This document shows positions 1-9,892 of a stretch of DNA of 64,000 bases, in pieces. Location: the NCBI GenBank assembly GCA_964291675.2, contig OZ219865.1, positions 768,001-832,000 of the forward strand, written 5' to 3'. Under the pieces are notes generated by a model. The model was given only the letters and a program-made list of their open reading frames with translations, searched no databases and was not told the origin of the DNA. A program made the position numbers and the translations under genes. Origin of the DNA: Alphaproteobacteria bacterium (GTDB taxonomy: Bacteria > Pseudomonadota > Alphaproteobacteria > MPNO01). How positions within the stretch are numbered: the first letter of the stretch is position 1; each line of letters opens with the position of its first letter.

Positions 1-59
1 TCGCGATGCCGGCTTCCCGGACCCAGGGGAGCCGGCGTGACGGGCGGGAACGGCGGCCG

Positions 60-632
60 ATGACCGTCCTGCGCACCGTCGACAGGATCTGGGCCGGCCT
101 GTTGTGGGCGCTGATGGCGCTGGCCGCGCTCTATATCGGCTTCATCATGCTGGCGATCGTCTATGTGACGATCTTCCGCAGCGCCGGCTGGGCCTACAAC
201 CAGTTCGTCTTCACGCTCATCGAGTACGGCTTCATCTACATCCTGTTCCTGGGCTCGCCCTGGCTCGTCAGGACCCGGGGGCATGTCTATATCGAGCTGC
301 TCACCGCCGCCGTGCCGGAACGCAGCCGGGCGGCGCTGTCCCGGGGCATCGCGGCGCTGTGCGCCGCCATCTGCCTGGTCTGGGCCTGGTACACGCTCGG
401 CATCTTCGTGGACCAGGCCGGGGACCCGCTCGCCTTCGACGAGCTGCGCGACGACCGGGGCATGCGTCTGTGGACGATCACCGTCTCCTACCCGGTCGGG
501 TTCCTGTTCATGGCGGTCGAGTTTTTCCGCTACATCTTCGGCCGCGAGATCATGCACAGCGGCGCCGCCGGCATCGCCAGCGAGCGGCTGGAGCTGGAGG
601 AGACCAAGCGCAGCCTGACGGAAGCCCGCTAG
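60..632 (+). CDS. dctQ: TRAP transporter small permease (DctQ)
   Basis: Four hydrophobic segments and a GHVYIE motif (DctQ 'HI.vd'); abuts DctM; ATG at 60 chosen. Confidence 0.85.
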   Translation: MTVLRTVDRIWAGLLWALMALAALYIGFIMLAIVYVTIFRSAGWAYNQFVFTLIEYGFIYILFLGSPWLVRTRGHVYIELLTAAVPERSRAALSRGIAALCAAICLVWAWYTLGIFVDQAGDPLAFDELRDDRGMRLWTITVSYPVGFLFMAVEFFRYIFGREIMHSGAAGIASERLELEETKRSLTEAR

Positions 633-2039
633 ATGGAGTGGTACTGGATCCTGCTCGCGCTGTTCGGCTCGATCCTGCTCCTGATGTTCGTCGGGCTGCC
701 GGTGGGAATCGCCTTCATCGCGGTCAACACGGTGGCCGCCTTCTTCATCTTCGGCCGGTTCGGCGATTTCGACACGCGGGTGCACTCGGCGATCGGCCAG
801 CATGTCGACAACGCCTTCGGCAACATGACGATTTTTGCCATCGTGCCGATCCCGATGTTCCTGCTGATGGGCGAGCTGTTCTTCCACACCGGCCTCGCCA
901 ACCGGATGTTCAACGCCGTGGAACGGCTGATGGGCCGCGTGCCGGCGCGCCTCTCCTACGTCACCGTCGCCGGCGGCACGGCGTTTGCCACGCTGTCGGG
1001 CTCGTCGATGGGCTCGACCGCCCTTTTGGGCACGCTGATGGTCCCGGAGATGACCCGGCGCGGCTACCGCAAGAGCATGTCGATCGGCCCCATCCTCGGC
1101 ACCGGCGGGCTCGCCATGCTGATCCCGCCATCCGCGCTCGCCGTGCTGCTCGGCACGCTGGCGGAGATCGACATCGGCCGGCTGCTGATCGCCGGCGTCG
1201 TGCCCGGGCTGCTGCTGGCAGTCTTCTACACCGTCCTGATCTTCGTCCGCGCGACCCTCGACCCGTCGGCCGCGCCCTCCTACGACGTCGAAATCGTGCC
1301 GCTCGGCCGGCGCGTGACGCTGTTCCTCCTCGATGTGGTGCCGATGGTCTCGATCATCGTCTTCGTCATCGCGCTGATCATGGGGGGCGTCGCGACGCCG
1401 TCCGAGGCGGCGGCCTACGGATCGGTCGGCGTGATCCTGCTGGCGGTCGCCTATCTGTTCCTGGTGCCGCTCGCGCGCGGCGAGTTCCGCCGGGCGCTCG
1501 CCTTCGGGCCGTTCTTCGCGGCGGCGATGTGGAAGTCGATGTGGGGTGCCGGGCGGGTCACCGTCATCGCGCTGATGATCCTGTTCGGCTCCTCGCTGTT
1601 CTCCAACGTGCTGGCGGCGTCGGGATCGAGCGCCGCGCTGATCGCCTGGATCACCGGCTTCGCGGTCTCGCCCTATGTCATGCTGCTGATGATGTTCGGC
1701 ATCCTGCTGCTGCTCGGCATGTTCATGGACCAGCTCGCCATGATGCTGCTGACGGTGCCGATCTTCTTCCCCGTCGTGCAGGGCCTCGAATTCGGGCTGG
1801 CGCTGGAGGTGAAGCTGATCTGGTTCGCCGTCATCATGCTGCTGGCGATGGAGATCAGCCTGACCACCCCGCCCTTCGGCCTGCTGCTGTTCGTCATGCA
1901 GGGCGTCGCGCCGCCCGGCACGCGGTTCGGCGAGATCTGCGTCGCCGCGCTGCCCTTCATGGGCTGCGCGCTGCTGCTCACCCTGCTGATCGTGATCTTC
2001 CCCGGACTCGCGATCTGGCTGCCCTGGCTCGGCGGGTAG
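633..2039 (+). CDS. dctM: TRAP transporter large permease (DctM)
   Basis: IPMFLLMGEL, SGSS, LIPPS, TPSEAAA and TPPFG motifs. Confidence 0.95.
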   Translation: MEWYWILLALFGSILLLMFVGLPVGIAFIAVNTVAAFFIFGRFGDFDTRVHSAIGQHVDNAFGNMTIFAIVPIPMFLLMGELFFHTGLANRMFNAVERLMGRVPARLSYVTVAGGTAFATLSGSSMGSTALLGTLMVPEMTRRGYRKSMSIGPILGTGGLAMLIPPSALAVLLGTLAEIDIGRLLIAGVVPGLLLAVFYTVLIFVRATLDPSAAPSYDVEIVPLGRRVTLFLLDVVPMVSIIVFVIALIMGGVATPSEAAAYGSVGVILLAVAYLFLVPLARGEFRRALAFGPFFAAAMWKSMWGAGRVTVIALMILFGSSLFSNVLAASGSSAALIAWITGFAVSPYVMLLMMFGILLLLGMFMDQLAMMLLTVPIFFPVVQGLEFGLALEVKLIWFAVIMLLAMEISLTTPPFGLLLFVMQGVAPPGTRFGEICVAALPFMGCALLLTLLIVIFPGLAIWLPWLGG

Positions 2040-2051
2040 CCGGGCGCCCGC
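1932..2051 (+). repeat. Direct repeat copy 1: 3' end of dctM plus downstream bases
   Basis: 120 bp, 7 mismatches to 3019-3138 by manual alignment. Confidence 0.95.
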
Positions 2052-2072
2052 CGGACGCAGGGAGAAACCGCG

Positions 2073-2927
2073 ATGGCTTCGCACGACACAGGCGATGGCG
2101 GCACCGTCAAGGCGCTGTGGCGCTACCCGGTCAAGTCCATGGCCGGCGGCAAGCTCGACGAGGCGCCGATAGCCGAGGGCGGCATTCTGGGCGACCGTGC
2201 CTACGCGGTGATCGACGCGGCCAGCGGCAAAGTGGGGAGCGCCAAGACACCGAAGAAATGGGACAAGCTGCTGGCGCTGGCCGCCGATTTCGTCACCCCG
2301 CCGCGCATCGGCGCACCGCTCCCGCCGGTACGCATCGTCTGGCCGGACGGAAGCGCGGTGTCCAGCGACGGCGGGGATGCGGATGCGCGCCTGTCGGCGA
2401 CCCTGGGCCGGGCGGTCAGGCTGACTTCGGAGCGGCCGGCGACCGTCAGCGTCGAACGTCTCGACCCGCTCGCGGAAGAAGAGACCGTCGTCGACATCGG
2501 TGGGCTGATGATGGCGGGACGGTTCTCCGACTATGCCGCGCTCCATCTCATGACCACGGCGACGATGGCGCGCCTTGCCGAGCTCCGCCCCGGGTCCAGC
2601 TTCGCCGCGCGGCGTTTCCGGCCCAATATTGCGCTCGCCGCGCCCGCGGGCGCGCGCGGCTTCGTCGAGAACGGCTGGGTGGGCCATGAGCTCGCCATCG
2701 GCGACGAGGTCAGGCTCCGCATCACCGACCCGACCCCGCGCTGCTCGATCCCGACGCTCGCCCAGAAGGACCTGGCCAAGGACCCGTCGGTCCTGCGCAC
2801 CATCGTCGAGCACAACAGCATCCCGGTCCCGGTGCTCGACAACGAGCCGCTCCCCTGCGCCGGCGTCTACGCCTTCGTCGTCCGGGGCGGCACGGTGAGG
2901 CGGGGCGACGCCGTGCGGGTGATGTAG
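2073..2927 (+). CDS. MOSC domain protein (mARC/YcbX-like)
   Basis: LWRYPVKSM N-terminus, GDRAYA, RRFRPNI, PRC, GVYA..V..G.V..GD. Confidence 0.92.
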   Translation: MASHDTGDGGTVKALWRYPVKSMAGGKLDEAPIAEGGILGDRAYAVIDAASGKVGSAKTPKKWDKLLALAADFVTPPRIGAPLPPVRIVWPDGSAVSSDGGDADARLSATLGRAVRLTSERPATVSVERLDPLAEEETVVDIGGLMMAGRFSDYAALHLMTTATMARLAELRPGSSFAARRFRPNIALAAPAGARGFVENGWVGHELAIGDEVRLRITDPTPRCSIPTLAQKDLAKDPSVLRTIVEHNSIPVPVLDNEPLPCAGVYAFVVRGGTVRRGDAVRVM

Positions 2928-3018
2928 AGCGGGTCGCGGCCTGGCCCGATCCAGGCCCTCGGGGAGCATCCGGCGGTCGCCGCGCATGTTGCCGGGGCCG
3001 GCCGGCGCAGGGTCCGGG

Positions 3019-3138
3019 GAGATCTGCCTCGCCGCGCTGCCCTTCATGGGCTGCGCGCTGCTGCTCACCCTCTTGATCGTAATCTTCCCCGGGCTCGCGA
3101 ACTGGCTGCCCTGGCTCGGCGGATAGCCGGGCGCCCGC
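3019..3138 (+). pseudogene. Direct repeat copy 2: orphan dctM 3' fragment
   Basis: Encodes EICLAALPFMGCALLLTLLIVIFPGLANWLPWLGG* with no upstream gene body. Confidence 0.9.
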
Positions 3139-3307
3139 TCCGATTTCCAGGCCGTCCGGGGCTTGCCAACGATCTCCCGGCGAGCGTCGAAGCTTGGGCC
3201 TTCGCACCCGCGAAGTTGTTGAATTGCAAAGTTAGGACCCGACTCCTTGGCAAAGGGCACCGGCCGTGGCACCATTCTGAACGTGAATGGGTAAGTGACT
3301 AGAGTGC

Positions 3308-3751
3308 ATGCGCAGGCTCTCCCGCTTTCTGTTCTCGACCGGGCCCCGATTCGGCGTGACGGTCGGCTGCCTCGGCGGCCTCGTTTCCCTGGCCGCCGCC
3401 GTCCAGCATCTTGCGGGCGGTCCGGGCAATCTCAGGCTCGGCGAAATCGGACTTGTTCTATTTCTCTGCGGCTTCGCATGGGCGATTCTGACCGCCTATG
3501 TCGGCCCCCGCTTGAACGGCGGGGGCATGGTATGCGCCGTCCTCTTCCTCCTCATCGTCCCTGCCGCCGACTCGGCGGAGATTGCTACGGTCCTGGCGAC
3601 GTGGAACTATCTGATCTGGGGCGTGGTGTGCTTGGCCATTCTCGTATGGTGGCTGGCTTCTGCATATCTCGACGAAAAGCGCCGCTCGATGGAGATGCGC
3701 ACGATCTACGACCGGGCACTGAAGCAAGCGGGGGTGGAGCCACCCACCTGA
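3308..3751 (+). CDS. Hypothetical membrane protein (about 4 TM) in a lower-GC islet
   Basis: 147-aa ORF with four hydrophobic stretches and a charged C-tail; atypical codon usage. Confidence 0.6.
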   Translation: MRRLSRFLFSTGPRFGVTVGCLGGLVSLAAAVQHLAGGPGNLRLGEIGLVLFLCGFAWAILTAYVGPRLNGGGMVCAVLFLLIVPAADSAEIATVLATWNYLIWGVVCLAILVWWLASAYLDEKRRSMEMRTIYDRALKQAGVEPPT

Positions 3752-4190
3752 CATTTGTGCGCGACCCGCGTGCCCGGCTGAGAGCGCGCGCCGTCTGGAT
3801 GCCGATCGGTGACCACCTGTCATAGGGGCCGTCCCGTGGCCCGACGAGATAGGCTATCCGGCGACGGACCGCGGCACCACTTCGGTTCCGGGTTTGTGCT
3901 TCATAGACCTCAGCTGGACGGTGAAGCGCAAGTCCGGCTTACTCTATGGCGTGGGCGACGATGCGCGCCACGTCGCCGCCCGTGTCGAGGATTATCCCGC
4001 CGGTCGTCGGCGACTGACGCCGGCCTTCCCGGCAAGCGCGCGCGGATGTAGCGCCGGAACCTGACTAACGTGGTTAGAGACCTGATTCAACGCCGGTCGG
4101 TTACAAACACGCCCGCCAAGACTCCGATGGCGACCGATCCCCAATCGTCGGGTGGATCTCTCGTGTCTTCAGACCTGGATTCGACCGCCA

Positions 4191-4421
4191 TCACGCATTC
4201 GCGCCGTTCAGGCCCGCGATGAGGATCGTCTCCATCGATCCGTCCTTCTTCCTGACGATCAGCTCGCCGCCGTCTTCGATCTTCTTCGTGATGCCCTCGG
4301 CGATGGCCAGCGCGGTGCTGACGGTCGAGGCCTTGTTTCTCGTGTTCAACCGAGCGGTGAGGATTTCGGTATTGGCGATGTCCCGCTCGGTCAGGTTCAT
4401 GGTGACCTTCTTCAGCGCCAT
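4191..4421 (-). CDS. Small ribbon-helix-helix-like DNA-binding protein
   Basis: MALKKVTMNLTERD beta-strand pattern followed by helices and a GGELIVRKKDG tail; 76 aa. Confidence 0.65.
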   Translation of the reverse strand: MALKKVTMNLTERDIANTEILTARLNTRNKASTVSTALAIAEGITKKIEDGGELIVRKKDGSMETILIAGLNGANA

Positions 4422-4457
4422 AGCCTTGCCCCTTTCGCCGGCACGCGCCAGCTCCCG

Positions 4458-4488
4458 GCCATACTTGATACATCTATTGTAAGACAAT
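4458..4488 (-). promoter_or_regulatory. Putative sigma70 promoter with TACA-N5-TGTA operator for the RHH gene
   Basis: Minus strand TTGTCT-18 nt-TATGGC; AT-rich patch with an inverted repeat at 4469-4481. Confidence 0.4.
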
Positions 4489-4584
4489 TGGCTGGCGACT
4501 CCAATATCCGACATATCGACGACGAGCCGAGAAATTGCGGGCGGGACATGGTGCCCACCCCCCGCACGGCTACCGGCCGAGACG

Positions 4585-6681
4585 CTAGAACAGGTTGAGC
4601 CAGACGCTGGAGCGGAGCGCCGGGAACATGTCGCCGAGGACGGTCTGCGGCCACGGCACGAGCAGGATCTTGTGGAACAGCCAGTAGGAGAAGATGCCCA
4701 TCGGCACCGCGATGGCGAGCGTCGTGGTCCAGCTCTCCTTGCCCTCGTAGCGCATGTAGCCGACCAGGAACAGGAACATGGCGGGCAGGATGCCGACCAG
4801 CGCGGCGGCGCCGAAGAAGAACAGGAGCCAGCCGAAATAGACCGCGGCGCGCAGATAGATCGTGCGGGGCGGCATGTCGCCGTAATCGGCCTGGATGTCG
4901 AAATGCACGTCGTCGGTGCCGGGTCCGCCCTCTTCGCCCGCCGGCGCGCCGGCCAGCAGCCCGGTCGCCTCGACCCGGACCGGGCGCACGAACATCGCGC
5001 CCAGGATGAGCCACACGGTAAACAGGAGGCCGGCCCAGCCGACCGACTGCGGCACCAGCTTGGCGCCGAACTCCCATTGGGAAGAGACCGCGAGGCAGGT
5101 GGCGAAGAACGCGAGCACCAGGATTCCGAAGCCGAGATCGGGGTTGAGGCTCTCCGGCCGGAAGCCGAGCTGCGCGCGCTGCCTCTCCCCTCCCCGCGGC
5201 CGCGCCAGGTACCCCTTCAGGATCGGCCGCAGGATTCCGTAGAGCGTGAGGGCGAAAACGATCATGACGACCGGGAAGGTCAGCCACTCGGCACCGTAGC
5301 GCTCGACCGAGATGAACAGGTAGCGCTCGATCAGATTGCCGAGCACGAAGCCGAGGATCAGCGGCGGGCGCGGCCATTTCATCCGCTTCATCACCCAGCC
5401 GAAGAAGCCGAAGATCAACAGCGCGTAGATGTCGCCCCACTGCCTGGAGCCCTGGAAGGCGCCGACGAACACCACCGCGAGCACGACCGGCGCCAGGATG
5501 CCGATTCGCACCAGCGCCACCTTGGCGAGCTGGTTGGCGAACAGGAAGCAGATCCCGGCGCCGATCACGTTGGCGAAGGCGACCGACCAGACCAGGGTGT
5601 AGGTGACGTCGAGATGCTTGCTCAGCATCTCGGGGCCCGGCGTGATGCCGTGGATCAGGAACGCCCCCAGGATCAGCGCCATCGACGCCGAGCCCGGCAC
5701 GCCGAAGGCGATGGTGGGCACCAGCGCCCCGCCTTCCTTGGCGTTGTTGGAGCTTTCGGACGCGATCACGCCGCGCACGTCGCCCTTGCCGAAGCTGGTG
5801 GCGGTGTCCTTCTCGCTCCTCAGCGCGTGGCCGTAGGCGATCCAGTCGATCACCGAGGCGCCGATGCCCGGCACCGCGCCGAGGCTCGAGCCGATGGTGG
5901 CGCAGCGCAGCAGCAGGAACCAGTTGCGGAACACGTCGCGGATGCCGGCGAGCTGGCTCATCTCCGACTTGACCTGGCCCTCGGCGGCGATCCTCTGGCG
6001 GGTGATCGCCATGTCGGCGATCTCGGGGATCGCGAACAGGCCGAGCGCCAGCGGCACCACCGGCAGCCCGTCCCAGAGATAGAGCGAATCGAAGGTCCAG
6101 CGCAGCGTCCCGGTCTGCGGGTCGTCGCCCGCGGTCGCCACCATCAGCCCGATACAGGCCGCCGCCAGCCCCTTCAGCGGCGTGCCGCCGCTCAGCACCG
6201 CGGCCAGAGAGAGCCCGAAGACGCAGAACGACAACAGCTCGGGCGAGCCGATCGCGAGCATCACCGGGCGCAGGATCGGCACGCTGATCGCCAGCAGGAA
6301 GGCGCCGTAGATGCCGCCGATCACCGAGGACGAGAACGCGGCCCCGAAGGCGCGCCCGGCCTCGCCCTTCCGCGCCATCGGGTAGCCGTCGAGAATGGTC
6401 GCCGCCGAGCCCACCGTCCCCGGCACCCCGAACAGCACCGCCGGTATGGTGTCCGAGGTCACCACCACCGCCTGCAGGCCCATCAGGAAGGCGAGCGCGG
6501 TATAGGCGTCCATGTCGAAGGTGAACGGCAGCAGCAGCGACAGCCCGACCAGCCCGCCCAGCCCCGGGATGACGCCGAGCACCAGCCCGATCAGAACGCC
6601 GAGGGCGAGAAAGCCGATCCGCTCGGGATCTGCCATGATGGTCGCGGCCTTGATGGCCATGCCGAGCATGTCGGCTTCCAT
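4585..6681 (-). CDS. tctA: Tripartite tricarboxylate transporter TctA with fused C-terminal TctB domain
   Basis: GVIPGLGG, GVPGT, DGYPMARKG, ESSNNA, FGVPGS motifs; extra ~190-aa TM tail ending LLVPWP. Confidence 0.9.
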   Translation of the reverse strand: MEADMLGMAIKAATIMADPERIGFLALGVLIGLVLGVIPGLGGLVGLSLLLPFTFDMDAYTALAFLMGLQAVVVTSDTIPAVLFGVPGTVGSAATILDGYPMARKGEAGRAFGAAFSSSVIGGIYGAFLLAISVPILRPVMLAIGSPELLSFCVFGLSLAAVLSGGTPLKGLAAACIGLMVATAGDDPQTGTLRWTFDSLYLWDGLPVVPLALGLFAIPEIADMAITRQRIAAEGQVKSEMSQLAGIRDVFRNWFLLLRCATIGSSLGAVPGIGASVIDWIAYGHALRSEKDTATSFGKGDVRGVIASESSNNAKEGGALVPTIAFGVPGSASMALILGAFLIHGITPGPEMLSKHLDVTYTLVWSVAFANVIGAGICFLFANQLAKVALVRIGILAPVVLAVVFVGAFQGSRQWGDIYALLIFGFFGWVMKRMKWPRPPLILGFVLGNLIERYLFISVERYGAEWLTFPVVMIVFALTLYGILRPILKGYLARPRGGERQRAQLGFRPESLNPDLGFGILVLAFFATCLAVSSQWEFGAKLVPQSVGWAGLLFTVWLILGAMFVRPVRVEATGLLAGAPAGEEGGPGTDDVHFDIQADYGDMPPRTIYLRAAVYFGWLLFFFGAAALVGILPAMFLFLVGYMRYEGKESWTTTLAIAVPMGIFSYWLFHKILLVPWPQTVLGDMFPALRSSVWLNLF

Positions 6682-6733
6682 GGACGCCCCTGTTCTCCCG
6701 GTCAGTGCCGCGGCCGTTTCCGGCCGGCGATGT

Positions 6734-7969
6734 CTATTCCGCCGCGATCCGTTCGGGGAAGCGCTCGCTCACGTCGAGCTTGAACACCTTCTGCGCGTTC
6801 TCGCCGAGGATCTTGCGCTTCGCCCTCTCGTCGAGGAACGGCAGGTCCCAGATCACGCTCGGCAGGTCCATGTCCCAGTGCGGGTAGTCGGTGGCGAACA
6901 GCAGCGAGTTCTCGGCATCCATCGCCTTGAAGGTCGCCTCCAGCAGCCAGTCCTCGTTGGGCCGCTCCATCGGCTGGGTGGTGAAGTACATCTCCTTCAT
7001 GTACTCGCTCGGCAGCCGCTTGAGCGAGGGGCATTCCGAGCTTCGCATGCGGTATTCGTTGTCGAGCCGCATCATCAGCCAGGGCACCCAGGCGATGCCC
7101 GACTCGATCCAGACCGTCTTGAGGTTGGGGAACCGCTCGGGCAGGCCGTTGACCACCCAGTTGGTGCAGTGGACGACGTTGTACCAGGTGAAGCCCAGCG
7201 CGTGGACGGCGATGAACCGGTTCGAGGTGCGGAACATCGGGTCGTCCCAGTTGAACCCCGAGTGGAAGCCGAGCGGCAGGCCGCGCTCCTCGACGGCGCG
7301 GTAGATCTTCATGTAGTCGTTGTCGTGCACCGGCTTGTGGCGCACCGAGGTGACCATGAAGCCGATCACGCCGGGACAGTCGGCGAAGTCCTCGACCATC
7401 TTCATCGCCGCTTCGTGGTCGTTGAACGGCAGATACAGCATCGACTTGATGCGCGACGAGCCGGGCAGCACGCGCTCGACCAGCCAGCGGTTATAGGCGC
7501 GCGCCAGGTGGTGCTCGACCTCGGGTTGCGGGTGCATGGCGAGCCCGAGCATCGGCGTCGGGAACATGCAGGAGTAGTCGACCCCCATCGCGTCCATCCA
7601 GCGATGGCCGAGATGGATGTCGCGGTGCACCCCGTCGGCCGGGGTCTGCTCCATGCGCCTCAGCGGGTAGCGCGTCACCCTGCCGCCGACATCCTGGTAG
7701 CCGACCCGGCCGAGGGCGAACATGCCGCCGCCGCGCTGGGCGACCTGGCCGCCGGAGCGGGCGAGCTGCTGGAGGACCGGATCCTCCATGTATTCCATGA
7801 TCTCGGCCATCGATTCGCTCTCGTAGTGGTGCGAATCGACATCGACGATCAGCACGTCCTGCAAGCCCCGCCGGTCGCGCTGCCTGGCCGCGTTGGCCAG
7901 CACCTTGTCGGTGTCGAACGAATCGACGCTCATGCGGAAGAACTGTTCGTTGCCGGTCGGGAGCTCCAT
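6734..7969 (-). CDS. Amidohydrolase_2 family protein (decarboxylase/hydrolase)
   Basis: DVDSHH, FHSG, IESG, FATDYPHWD, KILGENA. Confidence 0.9.
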   Translation of the reverse strand: MELPTGNEQFFRMSVDSFDTDKVLANAARQRDRRGLQDVLIVDVDSHHYESESMAEIMEYMEDPVLQQLARSGGQVAQRGGGMFALGRVGYQDVGGRVTRYPLRRMEQTPADGVHRDIHLGHRWMDAMGVDYSCMFPTPMLGLAMHPQPEVEHHLARAYNRWLVERVLPGSSRIKSMLYLPFNDHEAAMKMVEDFADCPGVIGFMVTSVRHKPVHDNDYMKIYRAVEERGLPLGFHSGFNWDDPMFRTSNRFIAVHALGFTWYNVVHCTNWVVNGLPERFPNLKTVWIESGIAWVPWLMMRLDNEYRMRSSECPSLKRLPSEYMKEMYFTTQPMERPNEDWLLEATFKAMDAENSLLFATDYPHWDMDLPSVIWDLPFLDERAKRKILGENAQKVFKLDVSERFPERIAAE

Positions 7970-8010
7970 TCAACCCTCCTCGGTCGGACCGCTGCCCTAG
8001 GTTGTGGCGA

Positions 8011-9321
8011 TTACAGCAGCCCGGGAAGCCATGTTGCAAGGGGCGGGAACGCGGCGATCACGATCATCCCCGCCAGGAAGATGCCGACGAACGGCCAGGT
8101 GGCGCGGAATATGTCGCTCAACGGCACATCGGGCGCCGATCCCTTGAAGGCGAACATGGTGTAGCCGAAGGGCGGCGTGATCCCGCCTACGGTGACGTTC
8201 AAGAGCATGATCAGCCAGAACCAGATCGGGTCGAAGCCGAGCGTCTGCAGCAGCGGCTGGTAGATCGGGATCACCACCAGCATGAGGGCGATCTGGTCGA
8301 TGAACATGCAGAGGATGAAGGGGATCAGCATCATGATGAACAGCATCACGTAAGGCTCGAAATCGAGCGTCACGATCAGCGTCGTCAGCTCCCGGGTCGA
8401 GCCGGTGAAGGCGAGCAGCTGGCTGAACATCTTGGAGCTCGCCATGATCACCAGGATCATCGAGGTGATGAAGGCCGCCGAGGCCACCGATTCGGAGACC
8501 ATCTTCCAGGAGAGCTTGCGGTAGTAGATCGCGGTCAGCAGCGCGCCGAGCACCCCGGTCGCGGCCGATTCCGACGGCGTCGCGATGCCGAGCAGGATGA
8601 AGCCCATCACGCAGAATATGATGACCGCGAACGGCAGCACGCGGAGCACCGCGACCACCATCTCCCAAGGGGTCACCTCGGGCGCGGTGTCGGAATCGCC
8701 GTAGGGTGCGAGCTCCGGGTTGGCCCGCACGCGGGCGAAGATGTAGATCAGGAACATCCCCGACAGCAGCAGACCCGGCACGATGCCGGCGATCAGCAGC
8801 CCGGCGATCGACACGTCGGCGAGCGTCCCGATGATGATCACCAGCACGCTCGGCGGGATGATCGGCGCCAGGCTGGCGCCGGCCAGAATCGCCCCGGTCG
8901 ACAGGCTGGAGTCGTATTTGCGCTCGATCATGCCGGGGTAGAGGGTGCGCGCCATCATCGCCGCCACCCCCATCGCCGCGCCGGAGAGCGCGCCGAAGAT
9001 GGTCGACAGCACGATGCACAGCACGTATTGCCGCCCGCGCACCTTGCCGACCAGCTTGTCGACCGAATCGAACAGGATGTCGATCGAGCCCGAGCGGAAC
9101 AGCAGCTCGCCCATCAGGATGAACAGCGGGATCGCCGAGAGCGCCGCGATGTTGGTGGTCTCGAAGATCGAGTTGGCGACCATGCCGAAGCCCGGCTGGC
9201 CGAGCACGATCAGCACGCCGGCGATGTTGATCACCAGGAAGGCGATGAAGATCGGCGCGCCGGTCATGAACGCGGCCAGCAGGACCGCGAGCCCGCCCGA
9301 CAATGTGCCCCACCAGACCAT
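8011..9321 (-). CDS. dctM: TRAP large permease DctM
   Basis: AIPLFILMGEL, IIPPS, TPSESAA, TPPFG; start at MVWWG. Confidence 0.93.
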   Translation of the reverse strand: MVWWGTLSGGLAVLLAAFMTGAPIFIAFLVINIAGVLIVLGQPGFGMVANSIFETTNIAALSAIPLFILMGELLFRSGSIDILFDSVDKLVGKVRGRQYVLCIVLSTIFGALSGAAMGVAAMMARTLYPGMIERKYDSSLSTGAILAGASLAPIIPPSVLVIIIGTLADVSIAGLLIAGIVPGLLLSGMFLIYIFARVRANPELAPYGDSDTAPEVTPWEMVVAVLRVLPFAVIIFCVMGFILLGIATPSESAATGVLGALLTAIYYRKLSWKMVSESVASAAFITSMILVIMASSKMFSQLLAFTGSTRELTTLIVTLDFEPYVMLFIMMLIPFILCMFIDQIALMLVVIPIYQPLLQTLGFDPIWFWLIMLLNVTVGGITPPFGYTMFAFKGSAPDVPLSDIFRATWPFVGIFLAGMIVIAAFPPLATWLPGLL

Positions 9322-9323
9322 GG

Positions 9324-9845
9324 TCAGCCGTGCATCCCGCTCGCCGGCTTCTCGACGCCGAGCGTCCGCGGGTCGAGCATGCGCAGGAAATAGATCGCCG
9401 AGGAGGCGAAGCCGTAGGTGATCCAGGCGGAGATGTAGATCTTGGGGATCGGCTTCACCTTCATCAAATGGACGTCCTTGACGATCTGGCGGATGTTCTC
9501 GTCGAGGCTGATCCAGGTCGCCGCGGCGCAGGCGAGGAAGCCGGCGAGATAGATGAACCAGTACAGGAAACGCGTCTTTTCCTGGGCGAACATGTCGAGG
9601 ATGACGGTCACCGCGACATGGCCCTTCTCCCTGGTGACATGGGGCATCATCAGGAAGGCGCCGATGCACAGCGAATACTGCACCGCCTCGCTCGACCACC
9701 AGGTCGGCGCGGCGAAGAAGTAGCGCGCGAACACCTCGTAGCAATAGGCGAAGACGATGATGCCGAGGCAGAGCTTGGAGAGGTGGAAGCCGACCTGCGT
9801 GACCCCGTCGTGCAGCCGCGCAAGCGCATTCAGCGCCTCACCCAT
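9324..9845 (-). CDS. dctQ: TRAP small permease DctQ
   Basis: EVFARYFF..PT.W, GHVAV; four TMs. Confidence 0.9.
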   Translation of the reverse strand: MGEALNALARLHDGVTQVGFHLSKLCLGIIVFAYCYEVFARYFFAAPTWWSSEAVQYSLCIGAFLMMPHVTREKGHVAVTVILDMFAQEKTRFLYWFIYLAGFLACAAATWISLDENIRQIVKDVHLMKVKPIPKIYISAWITYGFASSAIYFLRMLDPRTLGVEKPASGMHG

Positions 9846-9892
9846 CGCCCCGTCCCCGGCACCCCGTCATCGGTCGTACGCCCGCGGGAACG

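Noticed and set aside
104-2689. Long alternative-frame and antisense ORFs (e.g. 104-2689, 14610-17162, 20495-22924, 42642-45293, 58964-61285)
   Set aside because: Arg/Gly/Pro-rich shadow ORFs overlapping well-supported genes, as expected at high GC.
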